NCBI GenBank assembly: GCA_012295275.1
Contig: CM022673.1
Location: 16,554,001 to 16,618,000 of the forward strand
Length of the DNA stretch: 64,000 nt
Source: Chrysomallon squamiferum
Taxonomy: Eukaryota > Animalia > Mollusca
Direction of reading: 5' to 3'
The first letter of the stretch is position 1; each line of letters starts with the position of its first letter. A program made the position numbers and the translations under genes. This document shows positions 13,067-25,692 of the stretch, in pieces. The notes under the pieces are model-generated. The model saw nothing but the letters and a program-made list of their open reading frames with translations, was not told where the DNA came from and did not search any database.

Positions 13067-16000
13067 TTAATATAGTACTTTTTTTTTTTTTTTTTTTTTT
13101 TTTATTCCACTCGTCAGAGCTTTAATATAATGAATGGTCAGTGTTTTTGTCTTGTGCAGTCCCAGACTGTTGGCGTACTGCGGGTAGAAAGATTCAACAA
13201 CACTTCGCTTCCGATTAGCGTTGTTTGCGGCACTTCTCCATCTCTCTTTGGTACGTTTTTGTGCAGTCGTCTTCACTTTAACGTAACAAATGTAATGGAG
13301 GAACTCGCAAACTAACTGAATAACTTCGGCAATACTCAGCAACGATAAACCAATCCACAGACCTATGGTGCCACCTACATCTGACAAAAACTGAGAATTC
13401 TGAAAAAATAAAATAATATAAATAAAACAAATAAATAAATAAATAAATAAAATTAAGAAAATGTTATAATTAAAATAATGATTTACTACTGTTTGCCGTT
13501 ATTCTATAGTTATAATAAAGATAAAAATGGAATGAAGTAAACTAAAAAGCTAATTTATAATAATTTAAAATATAGTATAAAAAAAAATTAAAATGAAAGA
13601 AAATTAATGTTATGGATTCCTCCACATCCATGATTTCAAAAATATTCTTTGTAATTGGCTTTAAAATTAAAATTAAAATAATGTAACGTAGTAGTAGTAG
13701 TAGTAGTAGTAGTAGTAATAATAATAATAATAGTTAACAGTTAATAAATATATTTATTTTTATAGTTTTATAATCTGGATACAATTCATGTTAATCATTC
13801 TTAAACATTTTACATATAACAGTATTTATTTTTAATTCACCTTACCTCATAGCTTGGTATCTCTGTGACATTTTCATAATTTAAATCTTCGAAAAATATA
13901 TTTAATTTCAGAAAGTTCAAGCTGTAATAAAGATTTAAAAAATAATAAAAGAAAGGGACAAATATAAAAACAGAAGATATACCTGATAAAAATAATAAAT
14001 TTAATAATCATTAGAAATTTGAAAAGTCAGATCAAATAATGAAATCACTTATTATAATAATAATTTTTTAAAAATGTTAATTTTAACATTTCAAAAATAC
14101 AAATGAATTAAAAAAATATCCATGTTTTATTAAATAAGCCTTGTTTGTTTTTATGAATTAATGTGTATACGTGGTTGTTATTGTGAGTATATGTGTTTAT
14201 TTCAGATACAAATAGGTTATATTATTAAAAATGGCGAGTACGCACTTCAGTTGCCTCAAATCCATTTTGGTGTATTCTTCGCATACTTCCTCCGACCGAT
14301 TATTACAAATTGTTTCCAGCAGCAGTAGCTAAAAGTGAAAAACATGCACTGTCGAATACATAGATTTACAAATGGTGTATGTATATGCAAAATAGAAACA
14401 AAATTTTTCCAAAAAAAATATAAAGCAAGATCATTGCTAAAAGAGAGAATCAACATTAAATCAGGAGAAACAAGAAAAAAAAGAAAGAAAAGACTTAGGA
14501 AGAAAGGAGAGACTAGAAAAGAGCGAACTGCGTGTGCATGAGATTGTTGAGAGGTGAGACCGTGTGACTGAGAATGTGTGTAAATATAAATGCTATGTAA
14601 GTGTAAATGTTAAAATGAATTCTGTGAAATCGAACTTGAAAAGCAATAGTCACTATCATTACCTCATTTTAGAACAGAATAAGGGTATGCGAGAATTTGT
14701 GTGTTAACATTTTTGTTAACGCTGACAAAAGACAGACATTCGCAGTCAAATCTTCTAGAAGTAATATATCCTTTGTTAGAAAATGTGTTTTCTGCAACCT
14801 TGTATTGGCAGCAACTTACACTGTACCCATGATGATAAAACGTAAATTAATGCAAGAGGTGTTCGAGTATCAGCTGGAATTTTTACATGTGCGACTTTCT
14901 TATTAATTATTTCATAGTTTACCGTCTCCCAGCGTTCAAACTGTTACTTTCCGATTGTAAGGTAAATAGTTAGCATAACATTTCATAGTTTTATTGAAGT
15001 TGAACACTTTCTAAACTATACATACTGCGTATTTATCTGAAGGCCAGTTTCGAGAACTCAGTAAACGTCGATAAGAAATTTCTCTGAAATCAGAAATTAC
15101 ATATAACATGAACAAGAATAACAACAAGAACATTATCATTATTATCAAGGTCATCATCATCGTCTTCGTTATCATCGTCATTATCATTATCTTAAAGAGA
15201 AGAAGATACGAAGAAAATGGCAAAGTATCAATGATTATAAAGTTTTGATGTTTATAAAATAAAAGTTTAATTAACTAATTACAGTAGATCTTCAGTTTTC
15301 AACAATACAATAGCTTTACAGTTTACATTGTTTTTCTTTAAAATTTCAAAATTAAATACAATTTCATTAAAAGATTATCTAAAAATTAAATTACCCGCAC
15401 GGATTTGGACAAGAACACTTAATATTTCCAGACTCCCAATTCTGTTCCAATCTCAGTTGGCATTCTACTTCTGTGATCATATACAAAAGGACAAATATTC
15501 ATTTAATAAAATCCATTAAATCAACGAAACATTTAAATTCGGTAAACAAAAAAAGTAAGTAGGTAAGTAAAAATAACAGTAAGCATAATTAAACAAACTC
15601 CGAATTTTCTTTTTTAAATAATCGATCAAAGTTATGAAAATATTTTGATTACCTAGAATGCCAAAAACTAACTACTGTAATTTGAAAATAAATCAATAAA
15701 ATAAAATAATTTTATTTTTATTTTTTTTATACATAAAACAAATAAAAGGTATTCACGTTCAATAATTTATAAGACAAATAAACTGATATTCAGTTGCTCG
15801 TATCTAGAAATATAACGATAAAGTAACAAAAAATTACATTTATAATATTTCCCTTCTTTGATGACAAAAATGTACATTTTCAAAATTTTGCCCCATCCAA
15901 AGTTGTCATTTAATGAGGATAATTAAAGATAAAATACGATAGTTAAAGGCAATAATACCTGTATCATTTGAGCATGATTTAAAGTGTGCTTTTGAAAAAT

Positions 16001-17177
16001 TGGTTACTCGTTGCATTAATTCGTCTTTTTCATCGTAACACCCGCATATGTCATGTAAACCTGAACTATAACAAATTGACTGGCATGTCTGTAAATAAAT
16101 AAATAAATAAATATATATATATATATATATTTTTTAAATTTATATTTTAGCTAACAAATCAAATTATTATATAATAATTAGATATTACTAGCAGAACATT
16201 TTTTAAAATAACAATAATAATAATAATGATAATAATAATAATAATAATAATAATAAAACTTAAATAGTCATAGTCATTATTTTGGAAAATATATCTGCAG
16301 ATTTTATTGTCAACAATAAAAAGCAGGCCTACATGTTTCTTTGATACTTAATGTTAATGTATAATAAAAAATAACAAAAAACAAAAACAACAATCACATT
16401 AAAAAAATGTAATTATTTGTATTAGCCTACATTTGAAGAATGTTTATTTTCTATATGCTATGTACTATGTTTTCAACAGATAAATATAGTCTTGTCAGTG
16501 AAGTTCTAAAATACAGCTTAGCTTTTTTGTTAAAAACGATAACATAAATTGTCTCAAGTCTAAATTATTTAATATAAAAAACTTAGTAATCAACTTTTTT
16601 TATAAAGAAAAAAAAAAAATACAGTTGACGGAAACGACTACGAAAAAAATTATGGAACAGACGGTAGGGACAGAAGAAATAAAGAAAACCCTGAAGCTTA
16701 AGAGGTGTTTATTTTTAATTTTTCTTTGGAAGAGGGGAGCTAATTCAAATTACGTTGAATGTATTAATAAGAAATACTTTTTAAATGCCATTATTAAGAA
16801 ATGGTGAATATGCATATTTTATATATTTAAAAAACGTGAATTTTAAATAAAACTTAGAAATTTCTAGAAAGCCAGAATAAATACAAATTAAAATGTAATA
16901 AAAATGAAATTAAAATGAAATACCTGTCTTGTATATGTTATGTTGTACAGCTGTTTATAGGCGTTGCCGTTTTCACAATGTCCGTATGGAAAGCCTAGTC
17001 GCTTAATGTTTTTCTAATAAGAAATCAATCGAGATAAATAAATAAATAAATAAATAAATAAGCACGAATGCAGTTATATTAAAAATAATTTTTAAAATAC
17101 TACCAGATGCAGATATTATTAATAACATCAATCATTATCAACATTTAAAAAAAATTCAGATAACAAATAACAGTATC

Positions 17178-17219
<42 letters not shown>

Positions 17220-18391
17220 AATAATAATAATAATAATAATTACCAGTCTCATGGCCACGTTGGTTTCTTGGTAAGTAGAAATATAAAATCCACTATTTTC
17301 TGGAAATGCCCATGTGTCAGGTTGGTGCACAAGAACCACTATTCCATTACCCGAAGAAATTCCTCTCAAAAATTCTTGAGTCTCCAAAAAGAGGGTAAGT
17401 TCTAAACCTGTTCATGAATGAATGAATGAATGAATGAAATTATGTGAATAAACAAAACTAAACTAAACAAAAATTTCTGTATTTAATATCGATTTTAAAA
17501 CTTTACCGTGTGATGGTCCGTTCCTCCGAACAACAAACAGATCATTTTGCAATGTGAAACAATTTCCATATGCTGTAGACGGAACCAGTCGAAAATTTCT
17601 GGAAATAAGTAACAGAATAATTTTAAAACTAAATGAAAAAGTTTTATGCTTTGTGAATTACTAACTGTAGAAATGGCAAGTGTGCATGTAGAAAGAAAAC
17701 GAATAATAACTGGAAAATAAAATAAAGCTGTAAGAACTTGCATAATAAAGTGACATGTATAAATGAATAAACGGGATTGTCATTAACGAGATTTATCACT
17801 ATAACTGAAGCGCGCGTTTTTATTTTTGCATTTCAGCTGAATTCTTAGACATAATCGCGCACCTTAGAAACGCTGTATTAAAAGATAATATACAAAACGA
17901 TTAACAAAATACACTTACTCAGGGCCGCATGTTACTCCGTCAAAACTGCAGTCAACAAGCATGTCTTCTATCTGATGTCCCATCTTCTGTCGAATATTTC
18001 TAAAAATACAAATGTTAATATTTTACAGTAAATAATATTTTATAATAGCGAATACACTTAACAGTATGAATATAAATACTTGCATTCTGCATATTTCTAC
18101 AATTATTATTAAATCTAGTGCCACAACTGTTATTACCTTCGACAATACAATTTTTTTGTATGCAATCGTTCATCTTCCTATTTATCTTGCCATTACTACA
18201 ACTACACTACTACTATTATTACAGCTACTACTTCTATTTCTACTAAAACTACTACTACGATTATTATTTTTATTATTATTATACATCTATTAAGCAACAT
18301 ATTCAAAATTTATTTCAGCATTAAAATATTTTATTATATTATGTAACTAAAAAAACGTCTCGCATTGTTTTTATTTCTTGATACATATATA

Positions 18392-18425
<34 letters not shown>

Positions 18426-21400
18426 AATGTATGAACGTATGTATGTATGTATTTTTCTATCTATCTATCTATCTATCATATATATATATAAATTATATAT
18501 ATATAGGTATATTTTTGCAGCATGTCATAGTTTTCTTTATTACAGGCTTTTACAGTATATTTTGCTCGAGAGTGTGTTATTACTGCTGACTGTATTTTAA
18601 ATACATCTGACCGAAATCATTCACACTTAATAATGTTGTGACTGGCAGTGAAGCGGAGAGATAAACAGTCCAATCCGGACAATGGCCAAATCTACAGGTA
18701 GGAAACCTGTTTTCTTAAAAGTGACAATTTCAGTGTTTTACTAACAACGACAAGAACAAAAGATGACCAATGACCGACTTATTTGGCCTCTTTTTTTCCT
18801 TCTGATTTTAAAAATTAAAAAAAAAAAAAAAAAAAAAAAAGGAAACAAAGAAAGAAAAATTCGAGATACACTGTTATAAAGCTAATCATGAAATAATACT
18901 AATACTAATAATAATAACAAAAAATTAATTTAGAGAACCTACCTTGGATGCTGATATAGCAGATAAGTAAATTCGTCTTTTATCCCATGTAATGACGACC
19001 TTTGTCCCGTAAAAAATTGATTTTCTTCATCGATGTCTTCATGTCTCCCTTTAAATTTGCCACGTTTATTTGTGAAATTGAATTCGACCGAGTTCACAAA
19101 TCTTTTTTTCCTATTTTTGCCAGATGGTTCGTTTGGATTATTCTGACCAGAACTCCCCTGTCCTTGTCCTCCACCACTTTGACCCGAACTCCCTTGTCCT
19201 TGTCCTCCACCACTTTGACCCGAACTCCCTTGTCCTTGTCCTCCACCACTTTGACCCGAACTCCCTTGTCCTTGTCCTCCACCACTTTGACCCGGACTCC
19301 CTTGTCCTTGCCCTCCACCACTTTGACCAGAATTCCCCTGTCCTTGCCCTCCACCACTTTGACCCGAACTCCCCCGTCCTTTCCCTCCACCACTTTGACC
19401 CGGACGTCCCTTTCCTTGTCCTGAACCTTGATTTCCACCTTGCGGACCTGATGCATGCTTCTAGGAAATATGATATAACTTTATTATTATTATTACTGAA
19501 ATATTACTTTTTATGTATTTTTATTTTCAATATGTAAGCATTTAGAATGAATCATCTTGAATCTTATATTTTATAAGAATAAAAGAATATTACCAGATTC
19601 TCGTAAGTTTGTTTATTTTTATAGTCGAAGAGAGATTATAATTCCGGTTTACCAGATTGGAATGTTATTTAATACTCATTAATATGAAAGGGAAATACAT
19701 TAACTATTTAATTTTTCGATAGGCGCAAGGAGGAAAATGTTTCCTAGGAACCTGTAATCCTAATGCTACTAACATTACATGCTGAGCCTCAATCCACAGT
19801 TGAACATTTTGAAAGAAAAACATGTTAACAGTTGCTGAAACTTTGAATAACATGGGCGTATTTTTCGCATCGCATAGCTAACTTCCGAACTTCAGACTAT
19901 TAGTCTATTGTGTCCAAAAAGAACAGCCAAAGCCATAACAAAAAAGCTTTTGTTCTGAAATCATTTGATGGAAGAATCCTAAAGTATACTAAAACTAAAA
20001 TTAAATATATATATATATAAATATAAAAATGAAAAAAATAAATAAAAAAGCGACGACAACCTCAAAACGAAACAGACATTAGCTATAGTTCAAGAACTAT
20101 CTGACATAAAAATGTAGAACTTCAACTATTAACGGTCAACTGTAACTATAACTTTAACTTACCATAGACAGAATATATATTTTTAAACTTAAAAAAAAAA
20201 AATTAAAAAAAAAAAAAATACCGCTGCAGTTAGAACTACTACTATTACTTACTACAGATAAAACCATTATTATTATCATGGTCGTTATAATCACGATAGC
20301 TAATATCATTATCTTTATATGCGATAAACAGCGGCAAATCAGGGAATTTAAGGAATAGCGTTCACAGAAATTTGTTTAAGAAGAAGAAGTTAATGATAAT
20401 GATGAAAAGGAAAATGATGAGGGAACAGAAAATGAAGAGAAGAGTGAAAACGTTATTGTATATTGCATATACCTCTTTCAGTTTTTTAACTAATATGGAT
20501 GGACGAATGGAATCCACGAAGTCTTCTAGTTCCTCGCTACCATATATATCCAGCATTGACTTTCTGACAGCGTTCATGTTGCAGATGGTAACGGCTGGGA
20601 AGCTGAGTTTACTGAAGCCAAGAAGTACTTGAGTTTGCTTATCGTACTTGTAATATGTTGAGAACAAGATATACAAATGAACGGTCATGGCAGTCATAGC
20701 AGCAATAAGCAGTATTGTCCACAGCACTTTAGCTACAGGGTGTTTGGATACATTGATGTAAGGAACGCCTTGCATGGAGGTTCTGTCGGCAAATCTCGAA
20801 AACACTCGTAGTAATGATTTTGGATTTCCATCCGCATCGTCTTCGTTTTTGGCTTCGGATAATGGCGGCTGGTACTTCAACGCTTTCTTGTGTACCTGTA
20901 ACAGAGATATAGTATTAAGGCTTTAAGGATGAAAGAAATATATTTAACGATTCACTCAGAACGACTATAAATCAACAACTAAAGAGAGAATATACCTCCA
21001 GCCGCAATGCAGTAGCTAATTTTTATTTCCATTACCGTTAAGAGGTTTTTTTGCAGGTAAACAATTATCATTATTTTGATAAATCCGTTTTATAGTCACT
21101 AAATGAAATATACGGAGCACTCACAAGGCTTGACATTACTACTGATCGAGCATCGTAGTCACTGCAAATATTGTAATTATGCTGTCTGCCTTCTTACCTA
21201 TAGGTCTGCTGCTGTCTAACTTATCTATGTTATTTATCTTCCCGAATGTAGGTCTGTCTAGCTATCTGTCTATCTACCTTGCTGTTAAATCACTACTTGG
21301 TTGAAATAGGCCTTTTTTTTCTATGTTAAGTTGTTTGTTGTTTTGCCTATTTATTTATTTACGTATGGCGCCTCAACTTATGTACAGACGTCAAATCTTC

Positions 21401-22744
21401 TGAGTTTTTTTGCTGTTTATTTTCTTACTGACGGTTAATCCTATATTAAAATACATAAATATGATTTATTGACACCACAGGTTATATGTCTGAACACGCT
21501 TTGGTGATTATTATTTACTGCAGTTATTAGGTCTATCCCCAAAATGGATGCATCGATGCGCTGGAATCCACTAGTACGCACCGTGACACAAAATCGATAA
21601 TTGAATTTTTGAACAAAATATTTACTTATGATCACAGCAAAGTAACCAGATTTTGCGGTGTCAACACTAACAATGGTCTATTAGAAACCTTCTCTCTCCC
21701 ACACACTCAAAAAAAGAAAAGAAAAAGCACGACTGTATCTTAGGATATGCTTGAATTAATCTGACCGCGAGAACATGTTATAGTAATCAACAATACTTTG
21801 TAAATTTCGATAGTGAACTTCGAATTTGATGAGAAGCCATAGAAATACTTGCTTGGCTGAGGAATAATAAATTAGTATACAGTCGCTGTTGTCAGAAATA
21901 TTTTACTTACACCTTAACAATTTATTGTTATTTGTATATTTATCAAGTTTATGATGAAGAATTTAACATCAAAACCTATGACTCGACTGACGTTAATTCG
22001 CAATCTTTGGGACTGGAGTTTAATTATATCAGACAGTTTGTTTCTTTTGCCGGTATTACAGCGTAAATATACCTGACTGTTTACTTGTAATGAATAAAAT
22101 GTATGTTTTAATATGATACTAGTATAAATAATTCTATATATATGTATTAGAAATCGTTTTGCTTCTTATTTATTTATTTATTTATTTACTATAGGATTTC
22201 TTAATATTTTTTCCCACTTTCAGTGTGTAAAATACACGTGTCAGATAATAAAATATTACAACGGAGAAATGAATTAAGCTGACTATCTCACCATAATTAT
22301 TAATATGAATAAAAGAAGGACATTAATTTAGAATCAAATGAAATAATGAAATATATACCTCATATATGAATTTAATATTTGCTCATTTATAAATATATCT
22401 AACATTTCGGTCGAATAAAGGTTTGTTGAACAAAATAAAAAAACAGTTATTATAATACAATCTATTAATGTAACAACAGTTTGTACGTTTCTTCTATTTT
22501 TATATTCAGTAAAATTTAAACATGTAATGTGTAAATAATGTGAAATAGAGAGAGACACAATTTAGAGGCAGAAAGAAAGATTTCTAATTCAACCGTAGAT
22601 TAAAAAACTTCGCATGAAAAAAACAATTTATTTACTTACATCTTCATAATCCACAGGGGGCTCGTGATGCATGTGTGTGATACGGCCGGAATATCCAGGT
22701 AAATCGGAGAAAAATCCCCATGTCGGGGTTTTATTTTTCGACAT
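13067..22744 (-). CDS. DEG/ENaC (amiloride-sensitive, FaNaC-like) sodium channel subunit, 13 coding exons, about 742 aa
   Basis: Exons: 22744-22640, 20895-20473, 19460-18943, 17999-17919, 17598-17507, 17407-17244, 17013-16924, 16088-15959, 15470-15395, 15083-15026, 14328-14246, 13921-13846, 13399-13067, all phase-compatible GT-AG. Motifs: TM1 followed by FPAVTICNMN, GHQIEDMLVDCSFDG, YGNCFT, GPSHGLELTL, Cys-rich thumb (CQSIC...CGC...CSCPNPC), SSRNWPS, LNIFFEDLNY, and TM2 SDVGGTIGLWIGLSLLSIAE with a G-x-S filter. Confidence 0.93.
19144..19422 (-). repeat. 36-bp coding minisatellite (7 full units plus a partial) encoding GQSGGGQGQGSS
   Basis: Plus-strand unit TGACCCGAACTCCCTTGTCCTTGTCCTCCACCACTT, period 36, starting at 19144, 19180, 19216, 19252, 19288, 19324, 19360 and 19396. 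It lies inside DEG/ENaC exon 3. Confidence 0.95.
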
Positions 22745-24274
22745 GATCAGAAAAACTTTTTTTGTCACGTCTGCCTGCTCACAACTCAGTTCTGTCACTG
22801 CCGTGTTCTGTTCAAAACACGCTTGTCTATTTCACTGTCCAACAGCCACTGACGACTGCTATCGTGTAATCCAAAAGAGGAAGCCGTCTGCTCGGACTTA
22901 CCGCGCTTCTCTGTCGATAGAGCGTTTCACGCTTGGCTAGTATGCGAAACAAAAAGTAAAGCTTAATTAACGAAAATTAGTTTTGATTTCAAGAAAAACC
23001 GGTCTCCAAGTTATTCATGTATTTTGAATGATGTAATTAACTTACGTAAAATGTAACTGCTGTAGGCTGTCTCAGGTAGCGTTACTAGTTGTTGGAATCA
23101 GTGATGGAATGAATAGAGAATAAATGAATAAATGAATAACCAATGTGTGGATGTATAAAATTATAAAGTTTTTTTTTTCATTAAATTATAATAAATATTA
23201 ATTAATTGGTATGTTTTAAAGTGAATACTAATTAAACGTAACAGTGAAAACTGCACAGTGCGCTTTTTGGTTTGAATGCTAGGACAATAGAATTGTGTAC
23301 TTACTTATTAGTTAATTGTAAAGAATCATTGTATGCATGTATATAAACGAACCTATGTCCCTATGTCTATCTATAGGTACCAACAATACAGTTTAAAGAA
23401 GAATAAATACGGAATAAATATAGTGTACATGTATATGTTTGTGTATATGATGTGTATTTGTATGAATAAACACGTGTGTGTGTGTACAGGAAAGAAAATA
23501 TTTGTAATGTCTGATTCACTTGTAAAACTGGCAATATAATGGCAGCAAGTAGATCATCCTCTGACTGAAGTCGATGCAGAATTTCAGGAGGGGGGCTAGA
23601 TGATAACAGCCAATGCGAGAAGCAGAACCGAATATTGTCGTAAATAGGGAACACTTAAGATTGGAGTTCTTCTGAAACTGAACAAATATTAATCCAAAAG
23701 TCCATTCAGTTAGTTGTATGCTATCTCCTAATCAACAACGAAACATGTCCTTAATATCCTTCTATGGACCCTTGGCTCTATGAATGCCTAGCTTTCCCAT
23801 GGCCGCATTTCTTTCAGTTCAGTGATTACGCATATTTTCTGAAATTTTGAGAAATTTTGAGAAATATGTACGTATGTCAGAGGCAGTCTGAGAGGGCAAG
23901 GCCCCAGCCATCCATTTCAGGGGAACACTCATTCAAAATTACAGCGGTTTTTTTTAAAATTTGATATTATTTCTATTAACTTGGTTGTAGAGATTACTGC
24001 CTGACGTCGCATTATCAGCAGCAAGTTGTGAAAGGTCATTTTCAAAGCTGAAATTAATATTTAAAAAAAAAAAAAAAAATTAACAACATATGGGGTCTTC
24101 CATGTCACAAAGGCGATTAACCTGCATTTCATCAGCACTTAAAAAGAATTCCTCTCAGTTGATGTAAAAATACAAAGCAGTTCAATTGTTTTCTAACCTG
24201 ATTTCTCATAAGGGGCGTAGAAATTTATGTGGCTGATTTATATTTCAGTCTATACTTCAGTCATTGAAGCCTCT

Positions 24275-24277
<3 letters not shown>

Positions 24278-24364
<87 letters not shown>

Positions 24365-24378
24365 CGTGTGTGTGAGAG
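24278..24378. repeat. compound (CT)n-(GT)n-(GC)n microsatellite
   Basis: Directly visible, between the divergent DEG/ENaC and importin genes. Confidence 0.95.
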
Positions 24379-25259
24379 AGCAACAACGGTACGTCTCCTA
24401 TCTTCATAAAGGTTCATTTATATTATTTTTGATTATTGGAGAAATTATGTTTATCATATTTCCAAAAATATGCAATAAGACTTTTTTTTTTGAATGTTTT
24501 GGGTTAATTTATATTTCTTTATCTATAAGAGTATATATAATGTGGATTACTAACACAATACAGAATCATAACATGTTTTACTGGCTAGAGATGGTTCGTA
24601 ATAATACTGTGCGCAAGTTAATAAGTCCTATTCTGTTGGTGTAAAACTCCAACAAATTGATACTTTTTCTTGAATTTTATCAGTTTTCGAATCTGTTCTG
24701 CGTTACTTGGCACTAACCTGAACTGACCTGATCTGACCTTTCTGGTAACAATGCTAACCTTAGCTGACTTTATAGTGACGTATAACGGGAATTGAATATT
24801 TAAAGCTTTTAAGTTAACCATTTATTTAATGCTTCCCATTTAACTAGGCATTACAATTATTTATTTAATTATATTAATTACAAAAATTTCCATAATTAAC
24901 GAAAATATATTATATTCAGTTATAATATGTATATAAAGTAATGAAGAATATGAGGAAGAATAAAATACGTTAACGAATTAATTCAAATATTCTAGAGATT
25001 AAGGTTTCGAAAAATTGATAATTAACAGTCAGTTTTGTACTGATATTGATAAGAATATGTGCATGCGGTGCCTCATGAATACATGTATGAGTTTGACATG
25101 TATACACATTTAGATATGTATCAATAATATTGAAATAAATACTGATTCATATATGCTTCATTTATTGCTATTATTATTATTGACATCTAATAGGAATAGC
25201 ATTAATATTAGTGATTAGCAATAACGATGCCTCTCCTATCCCCATACTGGTTGATTTAT

Positions 25260-25692
25260 GTTCTTTCCGGTTATTGGAAAAATTATATTTATCACAGTTC
25301 CAAAAATATGCAGTTTGATTGACATTTCGTTCTGAATATTTTATATTTGTATTATATTTATATCCATATAAGTTTAAAAATATTATAAAGGTTCTTATTT
25401 TTCAAATTAACTAATCATGTTTGTTAACGACAATCATAGTCGGTTTCGAACATGAGCAGAATTGTCTTCTCTTGGCGCCACCAGTTGGCTGCATGTCGAC
25501 AAAATAGTTGGAAAGAAGACACTTCAATAATTATTTTTATAAAGATCGTACAGTAAGATATTATAAATAATGGATGTGAACAAATTAGTCGAGGTGTTGA
25601 AAGCCACCCTAGACCCAGACCAACGCGAAACAGCAGAACAACATCTTTCTGAGGTGAACTTAGAAACCACGTTTTTGACAAAATGGCCGCGT
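25260..25692 (+). promoter_or_regulatory. importin-7 promoter / 5' region
   Basis: ETS-like TTCCGG (~25265), pyrimidine run CTTCTCTT at 25466-25473, and YY1-like AAAATGGCCGC at ~25680 just inside intron 1. Confidence 0.45.

Noticed and set aside
14663-14791. Exon-like AG...GT block in DEG/ENaC intron 10
   Set aside because: Contains in-frame stops in the required phases; exon 14328-14246 fits both neighbours instead.
19002-19537. ORF-track proteins with TRTPLSLSSTTL, VKVVEDKDKGVR and LHHFDPNSLVLV repeats; also a superficial CRISPR-like 36-bp periodicity
   Set aside because: These are alternative-frame readings of the coding minisatellite, and splice phases fix the Gly/Gln frame. The units are head-to-tail with no unique spacers and the DNA is eukaryotic, so this is not CRISPR.
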